NCBI GenBank assembly: GCA_963783355.1
Contig: CAWANF010000015.1
Coordinates: 86,021 to 150,020 of the forward strand
Length of the DNA: 64,000 nt
Reading direction: 5' to 3'
Source of the DNA: an uncultured bacterium
GTDB lineage: Bacteria; Bacteroidota; Rhodothermia; Balneolales; DATFMH01
The position numbers were made by a program, and so were the translations under genes. Each line of letters starts with the position of its first letter. Position 1 is the first letter of the stretch. The notes under the pieces were generated by a model. The model made no database searches and was not told the origin of the DNA. It was given only the letters and a program-made list of their open reading frames with translations. Below are positions 11,801-20,269 of this stretch, in pieces.

Positions 11801-12197
11801 GCAGATTAGTCGTATCTATTTGAGGAACCATAACAGTTACCGTACGATTGGGTCCCTGCCATGCTGCAACGATGTTGTCTTGCCCATCGGCATTCAAATC
11901 GCCGGTCGCTGCGTCAATCGCGAAATCCGATCCATAAATACCATGTGAACCGTTGTCTTCAAAATAGGTTTTAAAAAGCATCCCGTTTTCAACCGCACCT
12001 TTGGTATCGAAAATGGAAGCTACAACCGTGTGATTATTAGTAACATGCGGCTTAAAAACAACGGCTTCGTCGTCCCGGCCAAGGTTATATGTCTTATATA
12101 GTGGATCATTCTGATTAACCTGCCCATAGGCAAGCCTTGTAAGAAAAAAGACACTAATAATGATCATTCCCTTTAGTGCACAGCGATTTATGAACAT
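8847..12197 (-). CDS. T9SS-secreted protein: FG-GAP/VCBS-like repeats, Ser/Thr-rich beta core, CARDB-like Ig domain, T9SS type A CTD (paralog A)
   Basis: Signal peptide; repeated GDLNADG/GDFDGDGVDE; YAVVDPKNTIAEIHEDNN (CARDB-like); LEQNYPNPFNPTTTI...LASGLYFYRL...RKMLLLK. Confidence 0.85.
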   Translation of the reverse strand: MFINRCALKGMIIISVFFLTRLAYGQVNQNDPLYKTYNLGRDDEAVVFKPHVTNNHTVVASIFDTKGAVENGMLFKTYFEDNGSHGIYGSDFAIDAATGDLNADGQDNIVAAWQGPNRTVTVMVPQIDTTNLQRTGAWYGTVQDYGVPKIFNAPSGDHNIIRVATGHFDEDPAEEFVVAYCADNGSSDRGPVQLVFYKMINGTPAPVDSIKVGSVLLSPNSKTTLFDIAVGDFDGDGVDEVAVMNIKPSGINKWYLMAHIVRKNKVTGHWEDYIDSQTPVAKGYKLDINVHTGEEITQLSLAAGDYYGDGHDHLAYAYEDEYESQNISNNQYELTYSGGLQRLAIDFSGSGNVTNNGSPVNLIPLGNPYQTNRYNVSLSSGDYNYNGTDDLIPNVSQTGAGNGKISIYGFDKSGTTYLYATAPYSNINIGDSHRSVLLTDCDLPYSDSLRTDIMAYNGPANSGGNYELSDYQAHPYQLNYQFIGSTQSVADPQTPVNSEDYFVLVAGDLNADGVHLGTPSKMTAHNIVQPLVILNAPPIHYDIFNGTPYDIDNCFSGNGCDFTSMYENATDSSMEVSTQVSADWGISNSLSEGLSVGGGVQDLYSVSASVKGTMDRTYGGEFSKVNGASKTYRVTVTSDAIGDDRIYATISDYYIFEYPTYVKGKLVGHVAVVLPKFTGLNGLKNTWFSGKSELARTYLANHEVGNILSYPDSVALPAGSTLFGNGGFASGGGADTWELSGSATQDWSLMFSSDKISERTRSSYQTLSRSITTNFSESIGGASVDLEASMSGTYGSNQISTQTTTVHQESGLQVHFGTINQSILGTKTYTVSPYVYWDKVGALVLNYAVHPDQSGGVPSWWAKMYGGKPDLTFNLPWFYDQQKGIGSTDPQVQKEESRDIIFDPVNPQPGEVVSIYARVDNYSLKDMTTGTIIKFYYGDPQNGGTQITNQDGADSVAVPAIKARGHAIVELANWKVPLNLNNESKLYAVVDPKNTIAEIHEDNNIAWNLINPNAPTSTAIEGQGNPTFPAHISLEQNYPNPFNPTTTITYSLVRSQDVSLKVYNILGREVATLVKGWQPSGTHQIEFNALHLASGLYFYRLRTKGYVQTRKMLLLK

Positions 12198-12820
12198 AAG
12201 TCCCCCTAATTTCTGATTCCGGTTAGCCTGGTCTATATACTAAATAATGTTAGTTTGGGATAATGAAGAGATACGTTCCTGTACAACCTGTCCAAAACGA
12301 AACTCTTACTCATTCCTCTACAACAGCATCTTTTAATTATTCAAATAGTCGTTCGACTGATTTTCTGAAATTTCACCTGGTCTGGCATTTGAACAAGAAT
12401 CGACCTTTGAATCATCATCAGTCGATTATTTGCTCTGATGCTAATCTATTTATATGTTTAAGAAACTCTGAAATTTAAGATATTTGTATTAAAAACTGCA
12501 ATTTTACCTCATTTTTTTAATACACTTGGCAAAATAATATAACATAACAGTGGTTAAAAGACTAAATGATGCAGGAGGAAGAGGGTTATAACAAATCCCG
12601 CAAATGTTTGTACTTTTTGTTTAAACAGCTGCAGATGGGAATGAAAACAGCTTCTGGGTGAGAAAAAGACGAATCCTCACCAATAAAAGGGCATAGCATT
12701 AAAAACAGCCAAACGGATAATACCGTCTGACTGCTTATATAGCGATGACTCGTTTGATAGGCCAATTCCGTATAGCAACTATAGGAGGTGCATTGCTGCA
12801 CGCCCTATACTTAACACGGT

Positions 12821-15800
12821 CTATTTGAGCAACAGCATTTTTCGTGTGAGTACATATCCTTTTGTCCGTAAACGGTAAAAATACAATCCACTCGCCAGAC
12901 GCAAAGCATTGAACTCAATTTGATGCGTTCCCGATGGTTGTCTGCCTTTGACTAACGTTGCAACTTCCCGGCCCAAAATATCATAAACCTTCAATGAAAC
13001 ATCCTGGGACCTGACCAGCGAATATGATGATCGTTGTTGTAGGATTGAACGGATTAGGATAGTTTTGTTCAAGCGAGATGTGTGCCGGAAGTCTTGGATT
13101 TCCCTGACCTGCAATGGCCGTAGCAGTCGGAGCTTTCGGATTGATCAAATTCCATGCGATATTATTATCTTCATGCACTTCAGATATTGTATTATCGCCA
13201 TCGACTACGGCATATATTTTCGACTGATTCGTCAGGTCGGCCGGCACTTTCCAGTTGGCTAATTCAATTACAGCACTTTTCCGGGCCTGCAAGGCAGGAA
13301 CATTCACGCTGCTCACTCCATTTTCATTGGTTATCAAAGTTCCACCATTCCGGGGATCTCCATAATAAAATTTAATGGCAGAACCGGTACTCATGTCGGT
13401 CAGGCTGTAATTATCTACCTTTGCGTATACCGAAACCACCTCGCCGGGTTCAGGATTTACAGGATTGAATATAATATCACGGGTTTCTTCTTTCTGAACC
13501 TGGGGATCTGTGCTCCCAATACCTTTTTCCTGGTCATAAAACCACGGCAAATTGAAGGTAAGATCGGGTTTACTGCCATATTGTTGAGTCCACCATGATG
13601 GAACACCGGTCGATTGATCGGGTTGAACTGCATAATCGAGAACCAATGCTCCCGCTTTATTCCAATAAACATAGGGAGAAACGGTATACGTTTTGGTACC
13701 CAGGATCGATGCATCAATCGTCCCGAAATGGACCTTAAGCCCGCTTTCCTGGTGTACGGTTGTCTTATGCGTAGAAATCTGATCGTTGTCGTATGAATCG
13801 GACATGGAACCCTCCAAATCAACATCCACCACTCCATAACTGACACTGAGATCAGCCGATACACTTCGGTCCAGTGTCTGATAGGAAGAACGGGTTCGTT
13901 CGCTGATTTCGGTTGAGCTAAACATCAGCTCCCAATCCTGGCTTGAACTCCCGGAAAGCTCCCAGGTATCGGCACCTCCCCCGCTGGCAAAGCCACCCTT
14001 CCCAAATAGAACAGCACTGTCGGGCAGCGTGGCCGTCTCCTGATACGATAGGATATTGCCCGCTTCATGATTAGACAGGTACGTTCTGGCCCTCTCACTT
14101 TTGCCGGCAAACCACGTGTTCTGCAAACTTTCCAAACCGGTAAATTTTGGCAGAACCACAGCAATATGCCCGCCCAGTTGTCCCTTCGAGTAAGTCGGAT
14201 ATTCAAGGATATCATAATCAGATACGGTTGCATAGATACGATCGTCGGCAATGGCATCGGAGGTCACGGTTACTTTGTAAGTAGACGACGATCCCTGTAC
14301 TTTCGAAAATCCGCCTCCATACGTGCGATCCAGCGTGCCGGTTATCGAAGCGGATACGGAAAATGGTAATTTTTTTAAAACTCCACTTCCCCCCGCTGAC
14401 ACAGATGCCGATATTGATTGCGACACCCCCCAGTCGGCATTTACTTCAGTAGAGACTTCCATGGTATTGTCTGTTGCATTGACATAAGTCGATTTAAAAT
14501 CACACGGTGAACCGCTAAAGCATCCGTTCACATCATAGGAAGTACCATTTATGACATCATAATGAATAGGAGGAGCGTTCAATATTACCAGTGGCTGAAC
14601 GATATTATGAACGGTCATTCGTTTTGGGGCGCCAAGGTGTACCGCATCGGCATTCAGATCTCCGGCAACCATCGCCCAATGGGCATATGTTGGAGACATC
14701 TGATCGGTAACGGATGCGGTCGGGCTTGAAAATGATGTATAGGATTGGCCCGGCTGAGCCTGGTAATCATGAAGTTCATAATACGTTTCCCAACTATAGG
14801 TCATGATATCCGTTTTCAGAGAATCGCTATAAGGAAGATCGGAATCGGTCAAAACCGCAGAACGGCTGCTGTCTTCCTGCTGGTGATTTCCAACGAAAGC
14901 TACCGCATACTGCTTTAAGTTATTGTTGCTGATAGTATTATTATTGAACCCGTAAATACGGACATCTCCTTTAGCCCTGAACACTAATTCGTCGATACCG
15001 TCATAATTATAGTCCCCCGAGCTCAGACTTACAATGTATCCCCAACCACTTGAACCGGATATTAGAGGCGAGCTTTTATTGCCACCCGGTGTTGTTATAT
15101 CAGAACCGGTAAGATCAATATTCAAAGGCTGAAGTCCGATGTAATAGGCACCACTGCTGACATCCCGTGTTTCATACGCATAGGCAAGGTTGTCGCGTCC
15201 GTCTCCGTTAAAATCCCCGGCAGCTAATGCCAGTCGGGCTACCGTATAATTAAAGTTGTAAGGCTCGCTATCTAATGGCTGGCCGGAATTAATAAAAGCC
15301 GACCATCGATCTGTACTGCTATTTTTTCGGACAATATGAGCCATCAGGTTCCAGCCAAAACTGCTTTTACTGCTGTTCGAAGGACCGGGTTCAACATCAA
15401 TAACAGCAACTTCATCTACGCCATCCCCGTCGAAATCGCCTACAGCAATATCGAATAAATTTGTTTGAGACAGTATTCCAGGGTATTTCGTTTGTAAAGG
15501 CCGGATATCCCCAACCTGAATACTGTCGGTGGGACTTGGGGTGCCATTTACCATTTTATAAAATACCAGCTGGACCGGCCCACCCGTGGAATCACCGATA
15601 TCAGCCCAGTAAGCTACGACAAATTCCCTGGAGGCATCGTTATCAAACTGTCCGGTTGCTACCCGGATAATACTTTGAAGATGATTATCTGCAAACTTTG
15701 TTGAATCGAAAAACATTTTAGGCACACCATAATCCTGTACCGAACCATACCATGCACCGGTGCGCTGCAGGTTTGTGGTATCAATTTGCGGTACCATTAG

Positions 15801-16187
15801 CGTAATGGTATGATCCGGGCCTTCCCATGCCGCTACAATATTATCTTGTCCGTCGGCATTTAAATCTCCGGTTGCAGCATCTAATGCCTGGCTCGTTCCA
15901 TATATACCATGCACTCCCGTATCTTCGAAAGAAGTCATTACGGAAAGCCCGTTTTCAATGGCACCTTTAGTATCGAAAATAGTTGCTGAAACTTTGCCGG
16001 ATATGACATTATTGCTAAGATACTGAGGTTTAAAAACGATGATTTCAGCATCCTGGCCTAAATTATAGGTATTGTAAAAAGGATCATTCTGATCCAATTG
16101 AGCGTATGACGATTGTAAACCTGTCAGTGAAAATATTGACAAAAGAAAAAATACGCACAGAGATTCTCCACAAAGATTTTTTTTCAT
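12821..16187 (-). CDS. T9SS-secreted paralog B with a +1 frameshift inside the CTD (~13025-13028)
   Basis: Colinear homolog of 8847..12197. ATG 16187 has a GGAGGA SD. The CTD remainder (YSLVRSQDVSLKVY...RKMLLLK) is in another frame (ORF 12821..13114). Total span is 3n+1. Confidence 0.8.
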
Positions 16188-16429
16188 AAATCCTCCAGCT
16201 ACTTTTACTAAACCTGAATCAGACCTGGCAGTTACAAATTCCACTTTCTATATAATCAAGCATAATGAGATAATAATCAATAGCTTAATTATATATTAAT
16301 GATTTAAATAGAATAAATACCTGCGCTTTTTTAATATCAAATAAAAGAAAGGGATTTGATATTACATGCTAATTAGCATCGTCTAATAAAGAATTAAAAC
16401 AGGAATCCGGATTAGAACCGAAATTCCGT

Positions 16430-17155
16430 TTATATCATGTGCATCAATGCATAGCGTATCATAACGCCTACAAGAATAGCCAATGCCCAGCTCATCAGGG
16501 TCCCTATCAAAATATATTCAGCCTGTTTTCTCCCTGATTTACTATCCACTCCGATTCTCAAAATTGATTTTGCAGCTATAAGCAAACCTAAAGCGGAATA
16601 GGCCGACAATAACACAAACGTGAGAACCAAAATACGTTCGAAATAACCAATCCATTTCCCGGCCTCTTTTAATCCCTGATCATCATCGTCGATTTCGAAG
16701 CGATATTTCACAAACTGTTGAATGATGATACCAATCGGCCAGATTACCAAGACATACCCCAGGATCATCAGCCATATATTATCGTTTCTCATCAATCCAT
16801 ATAAATAACCCGGCATATCATTTAGGAATCCGGTAAAAAGTCCCCATACAATGAAAATGACGATGAGGTGAGTGCTCTGATCGATAAAGAAATAGCGTAA
16901 TTTTTCCGGGCGATAGGATTTCCAGATATCAATCATCAAATGAGCAAGGGCAATGGCCACAGCTACCCACCACGCCTGCAACTGAAAGATAAAAAGCCAT
17001 GCCAGTCCTCCATGTATAAACACATGTCCCCAAAGGGAGCCTGATTTCCAATGCTTTTCGCGGCGTTGTTTAATCCAGGAATCGGGTTGAAATGGAAAAT
17101 CCGCCAGGATATGAGCTGTAATCAATTTTATGAGGAGTAAATAATTCATAGGCAA
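16430..17155 (-). CDS. DUF3307 (SatE-like) membrane protein
   Basis: AHILADFPFQ, HLMID, DQSTH, AGKWIGYFER, AAKSILR, EYILIGTL; paired with satD. Confidence 0.85.
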   Translation of the reverse strand: MPMNYLLLIKLITAHILADFPFQPDSWIKQRREKHWKSGSLWGHVFIHGGLAWLFIFQLQAWWVAVAIALAHLMIDIWKSYRPEKLRYFFIDQSTHLIVIFIVWGLFTGFLNDMPGYLYGLMRNDNIWLMILGYVLVIWPIGIIIQQFVKYRFEIDDDDQGLKEAGKWIGYFERILVLTFVLLSAYSALGLLIAAKSILRIGVDSKSGRKQAEYILIGTLMSWALAILVGVMIRYALMHMI

Positions 17156-17157
17156 AA

Positions 17158-17793
17158 TTATAATCCGTCGGTAAATTTCGTCTCAAAAAAAGCAACGACC
17201 TTATTGATTTCATTCCAGTGCGCCGATTGCAGCCTCTTATTCACGGCCGATTGAACAATGGACAATTTATTGGCAATCTCCGTTTGAGTAAAACCGCAAC
17301 TGCTCCAATACACGGCTTCAGCTTGTGCCGCGGACCATCCTGTAATAATCACATCTGTAAGAACGCTAAGTATTTCCATAAAGTCATCATTCTTTTTGTC
17401 CCCAGTATGAATAACCAAATGTTTTTTTTCACTTTTCAATGCATCCAAACCCTGACCGGAACGGCGAAAGGCCGTACCATCTGAACTCCCCAGTGTTTTA
17501 CCTTTGAATGAAATATCCCCAAACCCGATGGAGATTCGTAGGTCTACTCTGGTTTTGGCATATTTCGACATTCCTGATTTGACCAGGCATCGCAATTGTA
17601 TCGCTTTTTTAAAGGCTTGCTGTGGATCATCAACTAATAACTGGAAGCTGTCACCTCTCAGAACATCATACCGGTCCTTATGTCTTTCCAATTGTTCAAG
17701 CGTCTCCCATAAAACCTGTTCCAGCTTTTTCCGCTGTGGCGGGTTCAGGCGTGTTGAGTTTACGACATCGCCGGTTATTACTGCTGCTTTCAT
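17158..17793 (-). CDS. satD: SatD family protein
   Basis: AVITGDVVNS, RGDSFQ, RISIGFG, DGTAFRRSG, C-terminal HTH TQTEIANKLSIVQSAVNKRL. Confidence 0.85.
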   Translation of the reverse strand: MKAAVITGDVVNSTRLNPPQRKKLEQVLWETLEQLERHKDRYDVLRGDSFQLLVDDPQQAFKKAIQLRCLVKSGMSKYAKTRVDLRISIGFGDISFKGKTLGSSDGTAFRRSGQGLDALKSEKKHLVIHTGDKKNDDFMEILSVLTDVIITGWSAAQAEAVYWSSCGFTQTEIANKLSIVQSAVNKRLQSAHWNEINKVVAFFETKFTDGL

Positions 17794-18360
17794 GCTTTTG
17801 AGTATTATCTCAATTTTATTTTATTCCTATTTTAGACGATTTTATCAAAATATCTCTAATAATAGTGATAATATTTAATTATCTATATTTTTGGTGATAA
17901 TATCAAGAAACTTTTATGGAACAAAGTATAATCAGCCATCGGCGTTACGAAATAGTAATGTTACAGCATCTGAAGTTCATCAAGCATACCTGTTCCTTGT
18001 TAAAAAAGGACTGAATTCTAATTCAAAATCTAAAATTTAACATTCGACATTTTTCTTTCCCATATACTTCAAACCCCGACAATTAATTATGAAACTCCTT
18101 AACTCTGGTTAGATTTTTGTAATGTAAAACCCCACCCAAAAGAGTGTCGATCTAACCACGATCCTTCAAGTTTATATCTGCCCAACCTACTGTTTTTTAA
18201 TACTTATAATTTTGTAAAGAAAATCACAGACTTCTGTCAGCGATTTATGTATTAACCATTTTCAGGTTTGTGACGGCAACAAATTTCGTCATCATCATCA
18301 CGACCCGGAACATTAGCAATACAGTTCTACAAAACTATTGAGAATAAAGTGGAGATTATT

Positions 18361-19485
18361 ATGATCGAGCAAACATTATCAGGCGATTATTTAAAAATGG
18401 CTGACGTTCAGCAGACACGGCTGGACGAGCTCTTCGCAAAGGAAAATGTAATCGGCGTATCATTGGGTTTAAAAACCATCCAGAATAAAGAAACAAATGA
18501 GCCCTCAATCATCGTGATGGTCAGAAATAAAGTAACCCCGGATATGCTTCGCAAAGAAGATCTGATTCCCAAAAAATTTGGTGATTATAAAACCGATGTT
18601 GTGGAAGTTGGCGAAATATTCGCCGGTCATGGATCCCTCGCTCCGGATGTTGAAAATATTGTAGAAGGGGAACTCGATTATGATACCCGCAGCCGCCTCC
18701 GTTTCTTTGAAGAAGCCGACCGAAGCGCCCTGGATGCTCACGAACCAGTAACCGAAACACGACGGTCTGCGGCCACTCAACCCGTCCGGGAAGCGACTCC
18801 GCTGGCATTGCGCCAGAGAATTCGTCCTGCTATGGGTGGATTTAGTGTAGGACATTACAACGTAACCGCGGGAACCATTTCCACCAGCTGTTATGACACA
18901 TCCGCATTTCCCGGCATTCCTCAACAATTTTATATTCTTAGTAACTGCCATGTGCTGGCCAATTCCAATAATGCACGGATTGGCGATCCTATCCTGCAGC
19001 CAGGTCCGTATGACGGCGGACAATATCCGCGCGATCTTATCGGCCGGTTAAGCCGTTTCGTTCCCATTCGCTTTAAAACCGATAATTATACACCCATAAA
19101 TTATGTGGATGCGGCCATCGCTGAAGTGCCATTCCACCGGGTAAATCGTGAAATCTATTGGATTGGCCATGTTAAAAATCTTCACACGGCACCCAATATC
19201 GGTGATATCGTACAAAAAACCGGGCGTTCAACTAATTATTCGACCGGACGGGTCATCGGATTGAACGCGACCGTGGATGTTAATTACGGAAACGGCCGCA
19301 CAGCACGATTCTCCCGCCAGATTATCACGACCTGCATGAGTGCCGCCGGCGATTCCGGAAGCCTGGCTACCAATCTCGATGAGCAGGGTGTCGGACTATT
19401 GTTTGCAGGTTCGTCTGTTGTTACGGTTATGAATAACCTGCTGTATGTACAGGCACTATTGAAAATTCGTATTCATGAAAAATAA
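18361..19485 (+). CDS. NAL1-like trypsin-fold (S1) serine protease, no signal peptide
   Basis: Triad motifs LSNCHVL, VDAAIA, GDSGS; QKTGRST; GLLFAG; N-terminal pro-like domain. ATG 18361 has GGAG upstream (ORF is open from GTG 18349). Confidence 0.85.
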   Translation: MIEQTLSGDYLKMADVQQTRLDELFAKENVIGVSLGLKTIQNKETNEPSIIVMVRNKVTPDMLRKEDLIPKKFGDYKTDVVEVGEIFAGHGSLAPDVENIVEGELDYDTRSRLRFFEEADRSALDAHEPVTETRRSAATQPVREATPLALRQRIRPAMGGFSVGHYNVTAGTISTSCYDTSAFPGIPQQFYILSNCHVLANSNNARIGDPILQPGPYDGGQYPRDLIGRLSRFVPIRFKTDNYTPINYVDAAIAEVPFHRVNREIYWIGHVKNLHTAPNIGDIVQKTGRSTNYSTGRVIGLNATVDVNYGNGRTARFSRQIITTCMSAAGDSGSLATNLDEQGVGLLFAGSSVVTVMNNLLYVQALLKIRIHEK

Positions 19486-19513
19486 ATGGTAACAGAAACT
19501 CATACATAAACTT

Positions 19514-19549
19514 AAAGGCAGTGAGTGGGATGAAGCTCCTGCCTTTTTT
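19514..19549 (+). terminator. Intrinsic terminator after protease
   Basis: AAAGGCAGTGAG...GCTCCTGCCTTTTTT. Confidence 0.7.
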
Positions 19550-19578
19550 GTTTTATTTTTTATTGAAAAATTTAGACC

Positions 19579-19800
19579 ATGAACAACAATATTCAATCGA
19601 CGCTTAAAAAAGCACAGGATCAGTGGATGGATGTGAAAGGGATTGTGGCCATTTCGAGAGGGAAAAAGGATGACTCCGATTGTATTGTTATTTTCGTTAC
19701 AAACCGGCAAAATGAGCAGGTCAGGAGAATAATACCATCCATTTTTATGGATATCCCGGTGGATATACGCGTTGCGGGTATCATTCAGGCGGAAGAATAA
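19579..19800 (+). CDS. 73-aa protein homologous to the N-terminal domain of the upstream protease
   Basis: Pattern GIVAISRGK..CIVIFV...IPSIF..IPVDIRVAGII aligns with NVIGVSLGLK..SIIVMV...IPKKF..YKTDVVEVGEI. Confidence 0.7.
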   Translation: MNNNIQSTLKKAQDQWMDVKGIVAISRGKKDDSDCIVIFVTNRQNEQVRRIIPSIFMDIPVDIRVAGIIQAEE

Positions 19801-19842
19801 CTACGGAGAATGGAAACCGGAAGAAGGAAAACGGAGGTCTAA

Positions 19843-20056
19843 GTCATGGTAGCGGGGTCGAACCAAACTTCGGGATTCTCCTGCGTTATGGTGTCATCAC
19901 GAGAACTCCTATAATTCGGAGGACGAAGTGATCCCCTACTGATTTTTAATTTAAATTTGTACATCTAGCTACGTCACTCCGGGGCGTAGCAAAAATATTA
20001 TACTAAATATTAATAACAAGAATGATACACTCCTGGCCGAAGTCCCGGAGCGAGAC
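19843..20056. repeat. Cluster of degenerate GTCA-headed REP-like palindromes
   Basis: GTCATGGTAGCGGGGTCGAACC (19843), TGTCATCACGAG...GACGAAGTGATCC (19892-19934), CGTCACTCCGGGG...CCCGGAGCGAGAC (19972-20056). Confidence 0.45.
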
Positions 20057-20269
20057 GGTAAGAGAAAAGACTAAAAATCAACTATTCAGCATTTAATATT
20101 TTTATGATCTTTTTTCAAAAAAGGATTTTAATCACCCCGTTTAAACCCCGCGTAACTCATCTTATTAAAATTTGACTTATTTTAGGGTCTTACGATGAAA
20201 CTTATTTATGACTGAATAACTTAAGACTCATAAAACAATATTAATTAGTAAATATTTCAACCCTGCTGA

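Noticed and set aside
12263-12801. Short ORFs between the T9SS paralogs
   Set aside because: No SD or recognisable motifs, so no support as genes or IS remnants
8847-13170. Near-duplicate CTD-coding sequences as a DGR template/variable repeat pair
   Set aside because: Differences are mostly synonymous and not adenine-specific, and no reverse transcriptase is present. This is ordinary paralogy.
19849-19864. GGTTCGACCCCGCTAC (minus strand) as a tRNA fragment or attR
   Set aside because: Does not match the tRNA-Leu 3' end and is in the opposite orientation; better explained as REP-like
19801-20269. SAM or cobalamin riboswitch upstream of metH
   Set aside because: No SAM-I (ATC.AGAG...GGC...GCAACC) core or B12 box recognisable
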